From Pseudomonadota bacterium (GTDB lineage Bacteria; Pseudomonadota; Alphaproteobacteria; Caulobacterales; Parvularculaceae), in the NCBI GenBank assembly GCA_039819085.1, contig JBCBSQ010000010.1, positions 37,038 through 101,037 on the forward strand: DNA of 64,000 nt. The letters run 5' to 3'. The stretch's first letter is position 1. Every line of letters begins with the position of its first letter. Below, piece by piece: positions 60,204-64,000 of this stretch. The notes below the pieces were generated by a model. It saw only the letters and a list, made by a program, of their open reading frames with translations. It searched no databases and was not told the DNA's origin. Made by a program: the position numbers and the translations under genes.

Positions 60204-60596
60204 ATGAAAACCCATGAGCACGCGGCGCGTCTCGGCGGCCAGTCAGTGGACGCAGCGCAAACGGCCGCGTCTTCCGGCGGCAGGCGCCGCGCGCCTGATC
60301 CGGTTTCATTCGACCGCGCGGAGTTAAACCGCATCCTCAACGTCTACGGCCAGTTCGTGGCCGCCGGCGAGTGGTGCGATTACGCCATCGACCATTTGAA
60401 GGACGCGGCGGTCTTTTCGATCTTCCGTCGCACGAGCGAGGCGCCGCTGTACCGCATCGAGAAGCGACCGTCGCTCGCCCGCCGCCAAGGCGCGTGGGCC
60501 GTGGTCGCCATGACCGGCGCGATCCTGAAGCGCGGCCACGACCTTGGCCAAGTCCTTCGCGTGTTTGACAAACAGCGCCTGAAGCTTGCCGACTGA
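60204..60596 (+). CDS. DUF2794-domain protein
   Basis: The start is uncertain (60156 or 60204). The conserved block is VSFDRAELNRILNVYGQFVAAGEWCDYAIDHLKDAAVFSIFRRTSEAPLYRIEK. Confidence 0.65.
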   Translation: MKTHEHAARLGGQSVDAAQTAASSGGRRRAPDPVSFDRAELNRILNVYGQFVAAGEWCDYAIDHLKDAAVFSIFRRTSEAPLYRIEKRPSLARRQGAWAVVAMTGAILKRGHDLGQVLRVFDKQRLKLAD

Positions 60597-60699
60597 GGGG
60601 CTTCGTCGAGGCGACCGCCCGCCGCGCGATCCGAAGGCGCCGCAGCGACGAGCCTGACGCGCCGCTCACCTGACGCGCCAATTCGGCGACGATGGCTGC

Positions 60700-61170
60700 T
60701 TACTTGGCGCCGCCCTGACACGCCGCGCAGGACCCCGAAAGCTCAATCACGCGATGGCCGATGGAAAAGCCGAGCTCCTTTGCGTCGGCCGCCAACAACC
60801 GTTCGAGCTTCTTGTTTTCGATTTCGGAAGATGATCCGCAGTCGTTGCAGACAAAGTGGACGCAAGCGTGCTCCTCCGCCGGATGCGAACAGGCCACATA
60901 GGCGTTCCGGCTTTCAATGCGCGCCGCAACGCCCTGGCCGCAGAGAAAGTCGAGCGTGCGATAGATGCTCGCCGGGGAGATGGTTCGACCGAGCGTTTCA
61001 GACAGCTCATCTCTTAGCTCGTACGCGCCGATAGGGCGCGCCGCCGTCCAAAGCGCGGTCAACACCGCCTCGCGCAGAGGGGTCACCTGCGCGCCGCGCA
61101 AGCGGCAAACGTCGATGGCCGATTGGATTCCTTCGTGAAGCGAAGTCTCGTCGTCCCTGGAGTGCGTCAT
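60700..61170 (-). CDS. zur: Fur-family regulator, probably Zur
   Basis: 156 aa with a winged helix ([13 protein letters not shown]) and metal sites ([19 protein letters not shown] ... CAACQ). It is divergent from a COG0523 GTPase gene, which is why I call it Zur. Confidence 0.8.
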   Translation of the reverse strand: MTHSRDDETSLHEGIQSAIDVCRLRGAQVTPLREAVLTALWTAARPIGAYELRDELSETLGRTISPASIYRTLDFLCGQGVAARIESRNAYVACSHPAEEHACVHFVCNDCGSSSEIENKKLERLLAADAKELGFSIGHRVIELSGSCAACQGGAK

Positions 61171-61191
61171 CTGGAAACCGGCGTCTTATCG

Positions 61192-61208
61192 ATGCAACAT
61201 TGTTGCAT
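61192..61208. promoter_or_regulatory. perfect 17-bp palindrome, candidate Zur box
   Basis: atgcaaca-t-tgttgcat lies in the zur/COG0523 divergent intergenic region, 22 nt from the zur start codon. Confidence 0.5.
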
Positions 61209-61279
61209 TGGCTGATACAAGCTACTACCGCTTCGAACAAGTCGATCACCGCATTCAGGCCAGAGGAGACGCCAAGCCC

Positions 61280-62512
61280 ATGTCCGCTACGACGTCCGCT
61301 ACGACTGATGAACGCCTTCCCGTTACGGTCCTTTCCGGCTTCCTGGGGGCGGGGAAGACCACCTTGCTGAACCGCGTCCTCAACAATCGCGATGGCCGCA
61401 AGGTGGCGGTCATCGTCAACGACATGTCCGAAGTGAACATCGACGCGGATCTGGTCCGCGCCGGTTCGGAGCTCAGCCGGACCGATGAGACGCTCGTCGA
61501 AATGTCGAACGGGTGCATCTGCTGCACCTTGCGGGATGACCTCCTCGCCGAGGTCAAGCGCCTAGCCGGGGAGGGGCGGTTTGACTATCTCCTCATCGAA
61601 TCGACGGGCATTTCCGAACCCCTGCCTGTCGCCGCGACGTTCGATTTCCGTACGGAGGAGGGTGAAAGCCTCTCTGACGTTGCGCGCATCGACACCATGG
61701 TGACCGTCGTCGACGCCGTGAATCTCCTCAAGGACTTTTCGAGCCATGATTTTCTTCGCGATCGCGGAGAGGTCATGGGCGAAGAAGATGAGCGCACGCT
61801 TGTGCATCTGCTCACTGATCAAATCGAATTCGCTGATATCGTCATTCTGAACAAGGTGAAGGACGCCCGCCCGGAACAGGTCGACGCGGCGCGCAAGATC
61901 ATTCGAAGCCTGAACGCGGATGTCCGGATTATCGAAACGAACTACTCCGAAGTGCCAACGGATGAGATCCTCGACACGGGTCTGTTTGACTTCGAGAAGG
62001 CGCATGAGCACCCGATGTGGGCCAAAGAGCTTTACGGCTACGCCGACCATACGCCGGAGACGGAAGAATATGGCGTGACGTCCTATGTCTATCGCGCGCG
62101 CCGCCCCTTCCAGCCGGAGGCGATCCACAAATTGCTGAACGGCCCGCTGCCCGGCGTCATCCGCGCCAAGGGGCATTTCTGGATCGCGACGCGGCCCGAT
62201 TGGGTGGCGGAGTTCTCTTTGGCCGGCGCGCTCTCGAGCGTCGCGCCGCTCGGCACATGGTGGGCGAGCGTGCCGCGCGAACGCTGGCCTCAAGGGGACG
62301 GGATCGACGCCTACATCCAGGACAACTGGGAAGAGCCGCTCGGCGATCGACGCCAGGAGATCGTCTTTATCGGCGCCGGGATCGACTGGCCGGCTCTGAA
62401 GGCGCGCCTCGACGCCGCTTTGATCCCTGAAAAAATGGCGTATGCGCCGGACGCCGCGCCGAATATGCCTGACCCGTTCCCGCTTTGGCGCAGAGCGGAG
62501 CCGGCTGCGTAG
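61280..62512 (+). CDS. COG0523 (CobW/ZigA-type) zinc metallochaperone GTPase
   Basis: Track ORF starts at TTG 61208. ATG 61280 follows GAGGAG. The P-loop is [12 protein letters not shown], the metal motif is GCICCTL, and a CobW C-terminal domain is present. Confidence 0.88.
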   Translation: MSATTSATTDERLPVTVLSGFLGAGKTTLLNRVLNNRDGRKVAVIVNDMSEVNIDADLVRAGSELSRTDETLVEMSNGCICCTLRDDLLAEVKRLAGEGRFDYLLIESTGISEPLPVAATFDFRTEEGESLSDVARIDTMVTVVDAVNLLKDFSSHDFLRDRGEVMGEEDERTLVHLLTDQIEFADIVILNKVKDARPEQVDAARKIIRSLNADVRIIETNYSEVPTDEILDTGLFDFEKAHEHPMWAKELYGYADHTPETEEYGVTSYVYRARRPFQPEAIHKLLNGPLPGVIRAKGHFWIATRPDWVAEFSLAGALSSVAPLGTWWASVPRERWPQGDGIDAYIQDNWEEPLGDRRQEIVFIGAGIDWPALKARLDAALIPEKMAYAPDAAPNMPDPFPLWRRAEPAA

Positions 62513-62589
62513 CGCGGCTTTTATTGGGCGCGCCTCAGTCGAGCGCGCGCCTGCGACCCATCCCCGACCATCCGTACACGTTGCGCGGC

Positions 62590-63849
62590 TTAAAGCCCTC
62601 GCCGGAAGGCGTTCGCGAGATCAACGCCATTGGCGTCGCGGCAACGGGGGCCGAGGAGCGCTTCGGCCGGAGGCGTGAAGGCGGGCGCCGTCGGGTCCGG
62701 CACATTGTGTCCACCGCCGCGCGCTTCGTAGTAGGTCACCGCGGGGTCGCCGCCGGCCGCAAGATACTCGGTCTCCACGATGAGGCAGCCGTCGCCCGGC
62801 GCGGCGTCAATCAAGGTCCGCGTGGTCGTCAGGGAAGGATCTGGGTTCGTCGCCTCAATAAAGTAGTCAACTGTCGCCGGCACGGACCGGGTCGGCGCGC
62901 CGTCGCCTGCGACAGGTCCGCCCCCAAACAAAATCAACTGATCGAGCGTCCCATTGAGCAGCATGATCGGCGTCGGCGCGGCTGGATCGGGGATCGTCTC
63001 CTGGGGCAGCGCCGCAATGAAGGCCGCTGCGCCCTCGAACCGAGTTGGCGTTTCGATCAGCATCGTCATGGACATGATGCCGCCATTCGAGGAGCCCGTC
63101 ACGAAGACGCTGTTCGGATCGTAATCGCGGCCCGCGTCCGCGGCGTCGAGTACGGACAATAAGAACCCGACATCGTCTTCCAGCGAGGTGCGGCCGGTGT
63201 CGTCGTCGCGGATGTCGTTCCAGCTCTGCTCATCGCCGATCCCGTCGAGCAACGTCTCGTTAAAACCGTTCGGGACGATCAGCAGGAACCCGTCGCGGTC
63301 GGCGAGATCGAGCCAGCGGCTGGTGGTGCGTTCGGGCAGGAGGATCGTGCGCATGCTCTGGCCGCCGCCATGCAGCAGCACGACCGCAGGATCGCCGCGC
63401 TCATAGTCCGCAGGCGTATAGACGGAAAAGGCGCGCTCAAACCCGTCAAACTCCGATCGGACTTCAACGACTTCGTCGTCAGGCGCCTGGCTTACGGCGA
63501 CGTCCACTGTATCGGTGTCGCGCGCGCCGTCATCGTCCGTCACTGTCACTGAAAACGTGAGCGTCTCCGCGCCGTCGACCAGCGGCGGCTCGATAACGGC
63601 GGCCGCCTGATCGGGGTTCACGATAAACGCTTGCGGCCCGCTCACTTGCATCCACTCGAATGACACGATCGATCCGTCGGCGTCCGAGCTGTCGCCGGCG
63701 TTCAGCGTGACCGCGCTGCCCTCAATCACCGCCGCATCGGCGCCGGCGTCAGCCGCGGGGCTTTCATTCGGCTCCGGCGCGGGCGCGTCGCTGTCGCTGC
63801 ACGCGGCGAGGAGAAAGAATGCTGTCGCCAATATCGGTCGTTTCGCCAT
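62590..63849 (-). CDS. lipoprotein: Ig/PKD-like domain + PHB-depolymerase-family esterase
   Basis: Track ORF is 62590..63915. ATG 63849 gives the lipobox leader MAKRPILATAFFLLAACS. The PKD-like segment is VTLNAGDSSDADGSIVSFEWMQVSGP. The esterase blocks are VVLLHGGGQS and VFVTGSSNGG. Confidence 0.7.
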   Translation of the reverse strand: MAKRPILATAFFLLAACSDSDAPAPEPNESPAADAGADAAVIEGSAVTLNAGDSSDADGSIVSFEWMQVSGPQAFIVNPDQAAAVIEPPLVDGAETLTFSVTVTDDDGARDTDTVDVAVSQAPDDEVVEVRSEFDGFERAFSVYTPADYERGDPAVVLLHGGGQSMRTILLPERTTSRWLDLADRDGFLLIVPNGFNETLLDGIGDEQSWNDIRDDDTGRTSLEDDVGFLLSVLDAADAGRDYDPNSVFVTGSSNGGIMSMTMLIETPTRFEGAAAFIAALPQETIPDPAAPTPIMLLNGTLDQLILFGGGPVAGDGAPTRSVPATVDYFIEATNPDPSLTTTRTLIDAAPGDGCLIVETEYLAAGGDPAVTYYEARGGGHNVPDPTAPAFTPPAEALLGPRCRDANGVDLANAFRRGL

Positions 63850-64000
63850 TGCCAACTCCCTACGCAACGTTTCGGCTTCATTTGCTAACGCGATTTCACG
63901 ACAATTCCGTCGCAAAACCTGACAATGCCCGCCGGCGGGGCCAGCTTGCCGGTCCGCTAGCGCGCAGCCGCCGAACTTTCCTTTAACAGCGCGCGCAGGT

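Overview
This is a high-GC chromosomal segment that looks alphaproteobacterial. That placement is inference only, from the FYDLN-type zinc-ribbon gene, DUF2794, DUF559 and the gene order mutM-rpsT-dnaA-dnaN-recF-gyrB. I can support about 50 protein genes, one tRNA-Ala(GGC), two TPP-riboswitch-type elements, several terminators and several small repeat families. I saw no rRNA, CRISPR array, transposase or integrase. Housekeeping content: purA, thiC, a glutathione peroxidase, cspA, sbcCD, aroA, cmk, rpsA, mutM, rpsT, dnaA, dnaN, recF, gyrB and a zur/COG0523 zinc pair. The ORF track accepts GTG/TTG starts. Many long track ORFs are antisense artefacts of the GC bias or are over-extended at the N-terminus, so I reset starts where a signal peptide, an RBS or family-typical N-termini argued for it. 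The most interesting items are: (1) a 1112-aa membrane-anchored WD40/caspase fusion inserted between cmk and rpsA; (2) a trypsin-fold protease fused to a polytopic membrane module and an OmpA_C domain; (3) a palindromic REP/MITE-like family with four copies, one sitting in frame inside thiC; (4) a low-GC islet holding an Rx4H (HEPN-like) gene and a DUF559 gene bracketed by inverted repeat copies plus a 19-bp tandem array; (5) an apparently orphan, P3-less TPP-riboswitch-like element in a 1.1-kb stretch with no gene; (6) a GH19/PG-binding/acidic-linker/C-terminal-anchor protein with SpmX-like architecture. All functional calls rest on motifs read by eye, and no database search was run.
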